From Oscillospiraceae bacterium (lineage in GTDB: Bacteria; Bacillota; Clostridia; Oscillospirales; Ruminococcaceae): 64,000 nt of DNA. Both the position numbers and the translations under genes were made by a program. The notes beneath the pieces are model-generated. The model did not search any database and was not told the DNA's origin. It saw only the letters and a list, made by a program, of their open reading frames with translations. How positions within the stretch are numbered: the stretch's first letter is position 1; each line of letters starts with the position of its first letter. The stretch is taken from NCBI GenBank assembly GCA_031548875.1, contig JAVBQQ010000013.1:16227-80226 (forward strand). The letters are read 5' to 3'. Below are positions 35,920-45,250 of the stretch, one piece after another.

Positions 35920-36111
35920 ATGAAAATCAAGCTGTCTGAGTATTGCATCCGCTGCGGCATCTGTGAGGACCTCTATCCCGACCTCTACAAGAGGAACTAC
36001 GAGACGCACAGCATGGATGTTTTGTATGATGATATCCCAGAGACGCAGCAGGAAAGAGCTGAGGCGTCCGCCAGGGACTGCGCCGTCGCAGCCATCCAGG
36101 TGGAAAAATAA
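35920..36111 (+). CDS. small single-cluster ferredoxin
   Basis: CIRCGICEDLYP...CAVAAIQVE (three Cys plus one). The start lies 2 nt after the flavoprotein stop. Confidence 0.65.
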   Translation: MKIKLSEYCIRCGICEDLYPDLYKRNYETHSMDVLYDDIPETQQERAEASARDCAVAAIQVEK

Positions 36112-36260
36112 CAACAAGGTTCCACAAGAGGCTACCGCTGCGCGACAAACCACGACCATCTATTGCTACTTTGGTGCAAAGAAATGATAGCATCGTTTTT
36201 AACTATGATATGCTTGTTTTGTTCCGAATGCGCATGACAGCCATTTTGTAAGCATTACAC

Positions 36261-36745
36261 ATTTTACCCACGACCGATTTTAACGTCGATGTGATGTTGA
36301 AATCGGTCGCTTCTTTTTTGCGCGGAGCGCTGGCGACATCGATGCGCTCAATGAGCAAGTGAATGGCCTTGTCGTCGGCTGCATTTTTCAGCGCTTCCAG
36401 CCAGGTGTAGATTTGGTCCGTCGTGTAATCCTTGGGCGGCTGGGCATCGCGCAGGCCGGCCATCTCGTCCAGCAGGCGCTGCATCTCTTTCCCTATATTC
36501 GCCACCACCTCAGCCGGCAGGTCCGGGTTTGTCATGTTGTGCATCAGGCCGTCGTATTCCTTCTGCTTGCGCGCCACTTCCCTGTCCCGCGCCTTTTAGA
36601 ACTCTGCCAGGTCATTGTTTGAGGCACCCTGGTACTTCTTCAATGCCTCGTGGATGGCCTTCTGCACAGCGGGCGAAAGCAGCTCTTTCAGGTACCGGGT
36701 CGCCGCTTTGTCCACAGCCTCCATCTTTACCACCGGCGCGCCGCA
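36261..36745 (-). repeat. recombinase-3'-end repeat, copy 1 (homologous to 45680-46174)
   Basis: By-eye alignment shows about three dozen substitutions and one 10-nt indel over about 485 nt. Confidence 0.8.
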
Positions 36746-36865
36746 ATGCTGCATGCAGCGGTAGTAGATGTACTCGTGCCCCTTGCGCTTGGATATATGC
36801 GCATGCATCTTGCTGCCGCACTCACAATACACCAGCCCGCTGCACAGATAGCTGCGCTTATCCAT
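36261..36865 (-). pseudogene. large serine recombinase, C-terminal fragment only, with TAA nonsense codon
   Basis: DKRSYLCSGLVYCECGSKMHAHISKRKGHEYIYYRCMQHCGAPVVKMEAVDKAATRYLKELLSPAVQKAIHEALKKYQGASNNDLAEF, then stop (complement of 36598-36596), then KARDREVARKQKEYDGLMHNM...ERIDVASAPRKKEATDFNITSTLKSVVGK. The resolvase catalytic domain is absent. Confidence 0.8.
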
Positions 36866-37400
36866 ACCGGCCGTAGTTGCAGGCCAGTTCGATGATCCGG
36901 CTACGCAATTCGTCTTCATCCGCACGGTTTACCTGTTGGTATCGCGCCACCTGTTGGCTAATCTGTATCGCCCGGCACGCGCGGCGTTGGCTCACCAGGT
37001 ACTTTTCCTGCACCCGTTGCATCACCAACCGCCGTTTGGCCGGTCGGCGCATATATGCGCATGAAGTTTCCCTCCGCCACATCCTTCAGTATGGCGTTGT
37101 CCAAGCTCAAATCCGCCACCAGTTTCTTCAGCCTGGCGTTCTCTTTCTCAAGTTCACGGTATTTACGCGCTTCAGATATATTCATGCCACCGTATTTCTT
37201 CCGCCAGTGGGAGTAGGTCTGCTCGCTCACCCCGATTTGGCGTACCGCCTCCCCGATGGTTTTCCTTGCCCGCATAAAACTTCTACCTCGCGCAATTTTA
37301 TGATGACCTGTTCCGTTGTGTGGTTCACTTTTTCCATTCTGCACACCTTCCTTTATGGTGGAGAAAGAAGGGCACCGCAATTACCACCATCCGTATTTAA
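36863..37400 (-). mobile_element. IS3-family insertion sequence fragment (frameshifted orfA plus first ~70 codons of orfB)
   Basis: orfA reads MEKVNHTTEQVIIKLREVEVLCGQG(frameshift)KTIGEAVRQIGVSEQTYSHWRKKYGGMNISEARKYRELEKENARLKKLVADLSLDNAILKDVAEGNF. The orfB frame reads ...AKRRLVMQRVQEKYLVSQRRACRAIQISQQVARYQQVNRADEDELRSRIIELACNYGRYG and stops abruptly at the junction with the recombinase fragment. The right boundary is not defined. Confidence 0.75.
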
Positions 37401-37416
37401 ATATCCTCAATATCTG

Positions 37417-37728
37417 TCAACAGTAGGTGTTATTGACAAAAAAAGAGAAAAAAAGTTGACCAAACAAATCAATCAAATGCGATGCGATTCGGTCAGGAAT
37501 GACTTGATACATGGAAGAACGGATACCATATGATGCGAGCATAGTGAAAAAAGCGCTAGCATTACTGATGTAGGACTGGATGCAGGCTTCATCGTCACAG
37601 ATGGCCATCAGATGTTCCAGATTGTAAAAATCCGCTTCATACGCCCGGCAAAGGGCCAGACAGGAGGGTTTGCTTTCCGATGAGAAATTGGATTGACAGA
37701 ATTGTTTGTGCGGGTACAATGTAAGCAT
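37417..37728 (-). CDS. hypothetical protein (103 aa, A/T-rich, possibly a remnant)
   Basis: Open frame only. Its composition differs from neighbouring genes and no family is recognised. Confidence 0.25.
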   Translation of the reverse strand: MLTLYPHKQFCQSNFSSESKPSCLALCRAYEADFYNLEHLMAICDDEACIQSYISNASAFFTMLASYGIRSSMYQVIPDRIASHLIDLFGQLFFSFFVNNTYC

Positions 37729-37799
37729 GTGCCCTCACAGTGCCATTTGTGTACATTGTGGCGAAAAAACGAGAGGGGCATGCCGAACAAGGAGGGCTT

Positions 37800-39736
37800 A
37801 TGCAGCGCGGCAAAAAAGACCTGCTCTACCTTCTCATCCCGCTTGCCGTTGTGACGGCGCTCCTTGCGCTATGGTATTCGAATATCACCACCCAAAGCAC
37901 CGATGTGGTTAGCGAGACCGCAGAGTGGAACCTGTCCGCTCTGCCTTTTGAGGATTCCAATTACCGCCTGTGCGGCCCGGTGGAATATATTCCGAACGCA
38001 CTTTTAACGCCCGAAGAATTTGCGCAGCGGGAAGATGACATCGTACTTGGAAACGCCTTCGAAACCGCCCAGTATGCCACCAGCCGTTTTTATATCATCG
38101 TGCCGGACGGGTACTACACCCTTGCCCGGCGCAGCCCGGATTTTTCCGAACGCCTTTTTATTAATGGAGAATGGGTGTTGGACGTTGGCCAGCCCGGCAA
38201 CTCGAGGGAGACGATGGTCCCCAACACCGGCAGGATCCTGCTCACCGTCACCCCCAAAGATGGCGTCATCGAGGTGGTGCAGCAGTCTTCCAACTTTGTC
38301 CACAGGGAAAGCAGTTCCCACGATGGCTGGCACTTTGGGCCGCCCTCGTTGCTGCGCGCGTCCCTCCCGCTGGAATACTGGGAGAACATCCAGATGGGTG
38401 CCTTTCTCGCGCTCTTCTTCATCCATAGTATCCTGTTTTTGCTATTGCCCACCTTCCGCGCCAACCTCTACTTTGCCCTCTTCTGCCTCACCTGGTTTTT
38501 GCGCACCGGCGTCACGGGCACAAAGGTGTTCACTGTAATGTTCCCCTGGCTACCTTGGGTGGCGAAGTTCCGCATCGAGTACCTCGCCTTCCCCCTCACG
38601 GCAGTGTTCATGGTTGCACTTTTGAACGCTATGTTCCCGGGCATATTGGCGCGGTGGTTCCGCTGGGCGGTGTATGGGGTGTCGGCGGTGGTTGCCGGGT
38701 TGTTTGTATTTGCAGATACCCTGTTCATGAGCTACGCCCTGCTCTGGTGCGAGGCGGTATACATCCCCGCCATCCTCTATATCGTCGTGCGCTTTGCCAT
38801 GAAGCTTCGCAGGGTGCGGCAGGAGCAGGTCGTCTTCCTCTTTGGGGTGGGGCTGTTCCTCCTGGCCGCGGTGCACGACATGTTTTACTTTAACGGCATG
38901 CCCATTTTGCTGGATGAGGAGCTCGCGCCCCTTTCCATGCTGGTGTTCACCTTTTGCGAGGCCGTGGCCATCTTCATTGCCACCCTGCGGCAGGTGGAGG
39001 AGGCAAAAGCGCAGGAGCGGCGCCTGGCCCTGGAAAATGCCGCGCTGGACCGGGCCGGCCGCCTGCGCGAAAGCATGATGGCAACGGTGAGCCACGAGAT
39101 GCGCACCCCCCTCACCGTTATGAGCGTGTACGCCCAGATGGCGCGGGAGAACCTGCACGAGATCGGTGTGGACGAGGAGACCACTGCCGATCTTGCCATG
39201 ATGCGGGACGAATCGAAGCGGCTGGCAGAGATGGTGAACGGCCTGCTGGAACTGGCGCCGGAGCAGGACTACAGACAGGCGCGCGCGTTTTTTGATATCC
39301 CGCCGCTGGTGGGGCAGCTGGCGCGCCTGTGCGCCCCCACGCTGGCCAAAAACAATAACCGGCTGGAGGCAGACCTGCCCCAGGACCTGCCCCCTGTTTA
39401 CGGCCACGCGGGCGAATGCACTCAGATTTTGTGGAACCTTCTGGACAACGCCGCCCGCCACACAAAAAACGGCGTCGTCACGGTGCGCGCAGGGGTACGG
39501 CAGGGGGCCGTTGCCGTCACGGTGGCCAACACCGGCGGCGCCATCCCGCCAGAGCTGCTATCCACCATTTTTGAGCGCCGTGTTACCGGCAGCGAGGAGG
39601 GCACCGGCCTAGGGCTTGCCATCTGCCGGGAAATCGTGGAGGCCCACGGGGGCACCATCGGCATAGAAAGCAGCGAGGAAACGGGTACGGCGGTCACATT
39701 CACCCTGCCAACAGGGAAAAAAAGGGGGAAGGGTAA
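37800..39736 (+). CDS. sensor histidine kinase with large extracytoplasmic domain and about 7 TM segments (7TMR-DISM-like); the annotated end assumes an indel in an A7G5 tract
   Basis: ATG at 37800 follows AAGGAGGG. H-box MMATVSHEMRTPLTVM and HATPase WNLLDNAARHT...VANTGGAIPPELLSTIFERRVTGS...GTGLGLAICREIVEAHGGTIGIESSEETGTAVTFTLP. As sequenced, the frame stays open to 40520, running through the response-regulator gene. Confidence 0.75.
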
Positions 39737-39741
39737 CCCAG

Positions 39742-40443
39742 GTGAAAAAAGACGACAAAGCAGTCATCCTGCTCGTAGAGGACAACCCGGCTATACAGGA
39801 GGCAAACAAACGGATATTGGAAAGGGCAGGCTACAACCTGATGGTGGCCGACACACTGGCCGCCGCGCGCGCGGCGATACAGGAAACGCTGCCGGATGCG
39901 ATCGTGCTGGACATCCTGATGCCGGACGGCAACGGACGGGATTTCATCGCCGAGATACGCAAGGTGACGACCGCACCGGTATTGCTGCTGACCTGCCTTA
40001 CGGAGAAGGACGAGAAGCTGCAGGGCCTGCGCGCCGGCGGCGACGACTACATCACAAAGCCCTACGATATCGACGAGCTGCGCGAGCGCGTGGCCGCCTT
40101 TTTGCGCCGGGATGCCCTTGTGCGCAGCAGCGCGGGACAGGACGTCACTTTCGGCCCGCTGGCGCTCAACCTACCCGCCCGCCGGGCGTACATGGCCGGC
40201 AAGGACCTGCAGCTGCTTGGCAAGGAGTTCGACATCCTGCATCAGCTTGCCTGCAGCGCCGGCCGTCCTCTAAGCGCAAAATCCCTGTACGAAGCGGCCT
40301 GGGAGCAGCCCTTCGCCGGCGGCGGCAGCGCGGTGTGGACGCAGATATCCCGCCTGAAACGGAAGATGGCGGAGAACGGCGGCGGCATCCAGATTATCAC
40401 CCTGCGGGGAGAGGGGTACCAATTGGAAATGGCCGGGCCGTAG
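39742..40443 (+). CDS. OmpR-family response regulator
   Basis: GTG start. AVILLVEDNPAIQEANKRILERAGYNLMVADTLAAAR...DAIVLDILMPDGNGRDFIAEIR...GGDDYITKPYDIDEL, plus a winged helix (...VWTQISRLKRKMAE...IITLRGEGYQLEM). Confidence 0.85.
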   Translation: MKKDDKAVILLVEDNPAIQEANKRILERAGYNLMVADTLAAARAAIQETLPDAIVLDILMPDGNGRDFIAEIRKVTTAPVLLLTCLTEKDEKLQGLRAGGDDYITKPYDIDELRERVAAFLRRDALVRSSAGQDVTFGPLALNLPARRAYMAGKDLQLLGKEFDILHQLACSAGRPLSAKSLYEAAWEQPFAGGGSAVWTQISRLKRKMAENGGGIQIITLRGEGYQLEMAGP

Positions 40444-40590
40444 GCAGGATCCGGCAGAGAAAGCAAAACCGCCTTACATTTCTGCAAGGTTCACGCGCAA
40501 ACGCTAAAAAACCAGTATAATAAAAAAGCAAGAACAAATTTCGCAGCCCGCCCGCGTCCCATCGTATTCGTGTGAACGGAGGAAACGAGG

Positions 40591-43500
40591 ATGAAATATC
40601 TGGCGAAGTGTTTTGCGCTTTTTTTGGCCCTGATGATGTTGGTGAGCTTTGTGCCGCTCTCTGCGCTGGCGGCCGAGGCGGCGCCGGGTGCAGGCAGCCA
40701 GACAGCGGCCGACAGCGCCCCTGCGGCTGACGGCGGAGAGGATGCCGCAGCTTCCGGGACGGAGGAGGATGCGGCGGCACCCCAGCCGGGTGACCTGTCG
40801 GACGATTCCTCTGACGGTGTAGTCGACGGCGATGAGCCGATCGGGCCGGAAGACGAACCGGGAGATGTCTCCAACAGCGAGCCCGCCGGTGAGCCGGAAA
40901 GTGCAAGCACCCAGCCGGAACCCCCCGCGGCGGCAGCGCAGGGCGCTTCGGGCAGCATACCTGTGCAGCCGAACACAGCTAAAAACGACCCGGACAAGGA
41001 ACTTGCCACCCCGGCCGGAGACGAGGACCTTGTGCGGCCGGCCGGCACTTACGCGGTGGAGAACGATTTAGATAGCGGCGCGGGCAGCCTGCGCGCGGCG
41101 TTGACCGCGGCGATAGCCAGCACGGACGCATCGAGCACGATCACGATCCCGCTGAGCCTTTCCAACCAGGTTTCGACGGAGATATCCCTGAACTCCCCCC
41201 TGCCGGATATCCCGAGCGGCAAGAGCATCACAGTCACTTCGCCGGCGACGGATCCCCAATTGTGCATCATTGCGCGGGCGGGCAGTACCGTTACCGGCAA
41301 CACTTTCAATGTTGCGGCCGGGGGCAGTTTGCAGCTTTCGAACATGGAACTGGAGGATCTCACGGATACGGGCATGAAGTCCTCACTGGCAAGCAGCATG
41401 GGCACGTTCACGGCAACCAACGTGAACTTCGTGGGCGGTGGCAGGCAGACGCAGTTTACGATATATGGCGGTGGCCTGGATGTGAGCGGGGGTACCGCCA
41501 CGCTGACAAAGGTGCTTTTTATGGGCAACTGCGCCCAGGATGGCGGCGGCCTTGCTGTGCGTGGCACGGCAAGCGTGACGGTGAAATCGGGCGAGTTTGA
41601 CGCGAACGCAGCCATTTCTAGCAACGGAAGAGGCTCCGGCGGCGGCATCTACTTGGCTGCCACGGCCACACTGAACCTGGGCAGCGCGGGCAACACCGTA
41701 CAGATCCGGTGCAACAGGGCCGGCCTGGACGGCGGCGGCCTGTACAGCGAGGGCGGCAACCTTACCTTTGCCGGGAACGTGATTGTTGGCGGCGAGGACC
41801 CCGGCGTGGCGCCTTATACCTCCCCAAACGCCGGCGATGGCAACGAAGCCAAATATGACGGCGGCGGCATCTGCCTGAGGTATGGCGAAACCGATACCAC
41901 TTCAAAGTATATCAAGGGCGTCACCATTCAGAACAACCGTGCCGGCTGGAACGGCGGCGGTGTGTATGTATATGGGAAGGTGCTACTGTCTTTTCAGGCA
42001 GGCACACGGATCCTGGACAACAAGGCCCTGGGCACCGCTACTGCCTCCGTGGGCAACGGTGGCGGCATCTACTGCGCCGCTGCCGGTACGGGGGGCATAT
42101 ACACCTCATTGGGGAGTATTGACGGGGCGGCGGTGACCCTGGCGGGCAACCGGGCCGCGAGGGATGGAGGCGGCATCTGGCAGAATGCCGGGACCATGAA
42201 TATTGGGGCAACCGCAGTTATTGGCGGTGCAAATGCAGGCGCGGGCACCAGCGCCGACCCCGGCGACGGCAACGTGGCGGCCGGGTTTGGCGGCGGTGTG
42301 TACAACGCGACCACGAATATCTTTGATATGAATGGGACGGTGAAAAACAACGTGGCCGCGCGTGGGGGCGGGGTCTATATCCCCAGCTCGACCTTCATGC
42401 GGTCGATAGATGCAACCATCGAAGGGAACAAGGCGACCTCCTTGGCGCAGGCGACACCCGGCGTTGAATTTACGAGCACCACGCAGCTTTACCTCAGCGG
42501 CACCACCGTGATTGACAGCTTGTACTGTGCGAAATCCCTGGCAAGTTCTCTTGCCATCTTGCCGGAAGGTCTTTCCGCCGGAGCGCGCATCGTGGTGCAG
42601 GGCAGCGATACGGCGGGGCAGATGGTTTCCGGCGTGGTGGTGGCCAACAAGCCAAGTGGTACGCTGACCGAGGCGGAGGCCGCCTGCTTTGTGAGCGCGG
42701 ACGGCGAGCTGCACGCTTTGGCAAGCGGCCAGAACGTGGTGTGGGATAGGTCTTGGTTGATTGCAACGCCGGTGATGACACTGCAGAGCGCGGCGCATGA
42801 CAGCATACAGGTGAGCTGGAACGCGGTGGCAGGCGCGGACGGGTATGAGATCGAAAACGCGACGTCCAGCAGTGGCCCGTTTACACCTGTGCGGACGGTG
42901 ACGGACGGGAGTACCTCCTGGACGCATACGGGGCTTACCACAGCGCGAAACCAGTTTTACCGCATGCGCGCGTATACGCTGGTGAATGGCGCAAAGCAGT
43001 ACAGCGCCTACACCGCCGAGCAATATACAATGCCCCTGCCTGCCGCGCCGTCTGTAAGCGCAACAGGCCGCAGCCCGGCGGATATTTATCTGGAATGGAC
43101 GGCGGCAGCGGGCGCCGGCAGCTACACCGTGGAAAGGGCAACTTCGCAGGCGGGGCCGTGGACCGAGGTGAAAGCGCCGTATCCAAGCGATACGAACCTG
43201 GTATACCGGGATACAGGGCTCACCCCGAGCAGCACCTATTACTATCGCGTGTGTGCCGTTGCGTATCAGGGGTCAATCACCGTTCCCGGGCCGTACTCGG
43301 CAATCGTGAGTGCGAAGGCAGGGATTGGCACCCCGGCGAATTTTAAGCTGACGAAAGAGAACCCGTACCAGTTTGCACTTTCGTGGAACAGTGTTCCTTG
43401 GGCCAACGGGTATGAGTTGTGGCGCGCCACCCAGAGCAGCGGGCCGTATACGGTGGTGGTGAGCAGGTACATGAGTATGTATACCGACTACGACCTTGTG

Positions 43501-44733
43501 GACGGCCAGGTGTATTACTACCGCATGCGCGCCTATGAGAACGTGAGCGGGACAACGTATTACAGCGGCTATACGCCGGTGGTGAGCAATAAAGCCGGAA
43601 TGGCGGCGCCGGGGAGCATGGCGGCAACGGCCGTCCATCCGGATGACGTGAAGCTTAGCTGGGGCGCCGTGGCAGGTGCAGAGCTCTACAATGTGGAGCG
43701 CGCAACGGCTGCAAGCGGGCCGTGGGTGGTGGCCGCGGATTCTCTCACAGACCGGACATACACAGACACGAATCTTACTTCGGGCACGACTTACTACTAT
43801 CGTGTGCGTGGCAAAATGTGGCAGAACAGCGCAGCCGCATATGCATACGGCCCATACAGCGCCGTCGTATCGGCGCGCCCCGTTTTTGCGGCGCCGGCGG
43901 GCCTTGCCGTGAGCACCACGGCCACAAGCGCAAAGCTTACCTGGAAAGCCGTTGCAGCGGCCTGGGGGTATGAGGTCTGGCGCTCGACCACCAGCAGCAC
44001 GAGCGGGTTTGAGCAGATCGAGTATATACAAAACAAAGCGACGACGTCCTATACGGACACGGGACTTGCCGCGGGCAAAACCTATTACTACCGTGTGCGG
44101 GCCTGGCGGTGGAGGGGCGGGGAGGAGATATTCAGCTTAAACAGTGCTATAACGGCAAGAACGCTGCCGGCAAAGCCGGGGAGCTTTAAGGCGGCAAGCG
44201 CTTCGTACAACAGTGTCAAGCTTACCTGGAGCAAGCCGGCGGGGGCCTCGGGCTATGAGGTGCAGCGGGCCACCGGCAGCGGCAGCTACAAGACGGTGAA
44301 GACGATTACGAGCGGCAGCACTCTCAGCTACAAAAACGGCAGCCTGAAGACCGGCACGAGCTACAAGTTCCGCGTGCGGGCCTATCGGCTGGTGGGCGGT
44401 GTGAAAAAGTACGGCGCGTACACGGCTGCCAAGACGGCGAAGCCCGTACCCGCGAAGGTGGCAGGCGCAAAAGCCACGGCGGGCAGCAAGAAGGTGGCGC
44501 TGAGCTGGAAGGCCGTGAGCGGCGCAAGCGGGTACGAGGTGAGGCGCGCGACGTCAAAAGGAGGAACCTACAAGACCGTGAAGACGGTCAAGGGTGGCAA
44601 GACGGTCAAGTTTACGAACGCGAAACTGACCCCGGGGAAGAAGTACTATTATAAAGTGCGGGCATACCGCACGGTGAACGGCAAGAAGGTATACGGCGCC
44701 TATTCCACCGTGGTGAGCGCAAAGGCGCTATAG
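40591..44733 (+). CDS. 1380-aa secreted surface protein: acidic linker, Pmp-type parallel beta-helix repeats, then about 10 tandem fibronectin-III domains
   Basis: Signal peptide MKYLAKCFALFLALMMLVSFVPLSALA. Repeated GGG(I/L/V)(Y/W/A) beta-helix turns (GGGLDVSGG, DGGGLAV, GGGIYLAA, DGGGLYSEGG, NGGGVYVYG, NGGGIYCAA, DGGGIWQNAG, GGGVYNAT, GGGVYIPS). FN3 units have W..V.GA.GYE(V/I).RAT...GP...V...T.YTDTGLT.G.TYYYRVRA. Confidence 0.85.
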   Translation: MKYLAKCFALFLALMMLVSFVPLSALAAEAAPGAGSQTAADSAPAADGGEDAAASGTEEDAAAPQPGDLSDDSSDGVVDGDEPIGPEDEPGDVSNSEPAGEPESASTQPEPPAAAAQGASGSIPVQPNTAKNDPDKELATPAGDEDLVRPAGTYAVENDLDSGAGSLRAALTAAIASTDASSTITIPLSLSNQVSTEISLNSPLPDIPSGKSITVTSPATDPQLCIIARAGSTVTGNTFNVAAGGSLQLSNMELEDLTDTGMKSSLASSMGTFTATNVNFVGGGRQTQFTIYGGGLDVSGGTATLTKVLFMGNCAQDGGGLAVRGTASVTVKSGEFDANAAISSNGRGSGGGIYLAATATLNLGSAGNTVQIRCNRAGLDGGGLYSEGGNLTFAGNVIVGGEDPGVAPYTSPNAGDGNEAKYDGGGICLRYGETDTTSKYIKGVTIQNNRAGWNGGGVYVYGKVLLSFQAGTRILDNKALGTATASVGNGGGIYCAAAGTGGIYTSLGSIDGAAVTLAGNRAARDGGGIWQNAGTMNIGATAVIGGANAGAGTSADPGDGNVAAGFGGGVYNATTNIFDMNGTVKNNVAARGGGVYIPSSTFMRSIDATIEGNKATSLAQATPGVEFTSTTQLYLSGTTVIDSLYCAKSLASSLAILPEGLSAGARIVVQGSDTAGQMVSGVVVANKPSGTLTEAEAACFVSADGELHALASGQNVVWDRSWLIATPVMTLQSAAHDSIQVSWNAVAGADGYEIENATSSSGPFTPVRTVTDGSTSWTHTGLTTARNQFYRMRAYTLVNGAKQYSAYTAEQYTMPLPAAPSVSATGRSPADIYLEWTAAAGAGSYTVERATSQAGPWTEVKAPYPSDTNLVYRDTGLTPSSTYYYRVCAVAYQGSITVPGPYSAIVSAKAGIGTPANFKLTKENPYQFALSWNSVPWANGYELWRATQSSGPYTVVVSRYMSMYTDYDLVDGQVYYYRMRAYENVSGTTYYSGYTPVVSNKAGMAAPGSMAATAVHPDDVKLSWGAVAGAELYNVERATAASGPWVVAADSLTDRTYTDTNLTSGTTYYYRVRGKMWQNSAAAYAYGPYSAVVSARPVFAAPAGLAVSTTATSAKLTWKAVAAAWGYEVWRSTTSSTSGFEQIEYIQNKATTSYTDTGLAAGKTYYYRVRAWRWRGGEEIFSLNSAITARTLPAKPGSFKAASASYNSVKLTWSKPAGASGYEVQRATGSGSYKTVKTITSGSTLSYKNGSLKTGTSYKFRVRAYRLVGGVKKYGAYTAAKTAKPVPAKVAGAKATAGSKKVALSWKAVSGASGYEVRRATSKGGTYKTVKTVKGGKTVKFTNAKLTPGKKYYYKVRAYRTVNGKKVYGAYSTVVSAKAL

Positions 44734-44790
44734 GGCGGAAGGGAAGAGGATTCTCCTTGGGCCAAGATAAGAGAACTTAAAAGCGCGAGT

Positions 44791-45250
44791 TCAATACCAT
44801 GCGCCGGGTCTACGCCGAGCTTGTCGTAAAGAGCCGGGAGGATCTGTCCAAAGTGATATTCGGCTTATCCAACGCAACAACACTTTGGGCTCTGTTTTTG
44901 CTTCGCCCAAGCCCGTGATAATGCTATCTAGCCGTAATCCCAAATTACGCTTTAGCGCATAATCATTTTGAATCGATTCAATTAATTCTTCCAAAATTGA
45001 AGGGACATATTTGGGGTAATACCTATCAAGAGTTTGTTGGGTATCTAAGATGTCATAGATTCTCTTGGCTTCGAAGCATAGGGTCGAGGAATTATGCATT
45101 GGTAGTTTATATGTGTCCGGCGTATTTGAGTTGAGCGTTTTTTCAGTTACTTGGAAAAACAAGAACAATCATTCCATGTTTGAATCGCATTTCCAATGCT
45201 TTGGCACTCTATTAACCACAATTACGCCTCCATCATGCACACTACTAAAA
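44791..45250 (-). pseudogene. A/T-rich gene remnant of unknown family (in-frame TGA, foreign GC-rich tail)
   Basis: The reverse frame reads ...VHDGGVIVVNRVPKHWKCDSNME, then stop, then LFLFFQVTEKTLNSNTPDTYKLPMHNSSTLCFEAKRIYDILDTQQTLDRYYPKYVPSILEELIESIQNDYALKRNLGLRLDSII..., and runs into a GC-rich nonsense tail. Confidence 0.35.

Noticed and set aside
39737-40520. C-terminal 260 aa of the 926-aa ORF 37740..40520 as a genuine protein domain
   Set aside because: It is an Arg/Gly/Pro-rich frame overlapping a bona fide response-regulator gene. It is explained by a missing stop after a homopolymer tract.
42770-44733. Periodic DNA repeats as a possible CRISPR or satellite array
   Set aside because: The periodicity is the FN3 domain repeat of a continuous 1380-aa ORF. 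No short direct repeats with unique spacers exist anywhere in the window.
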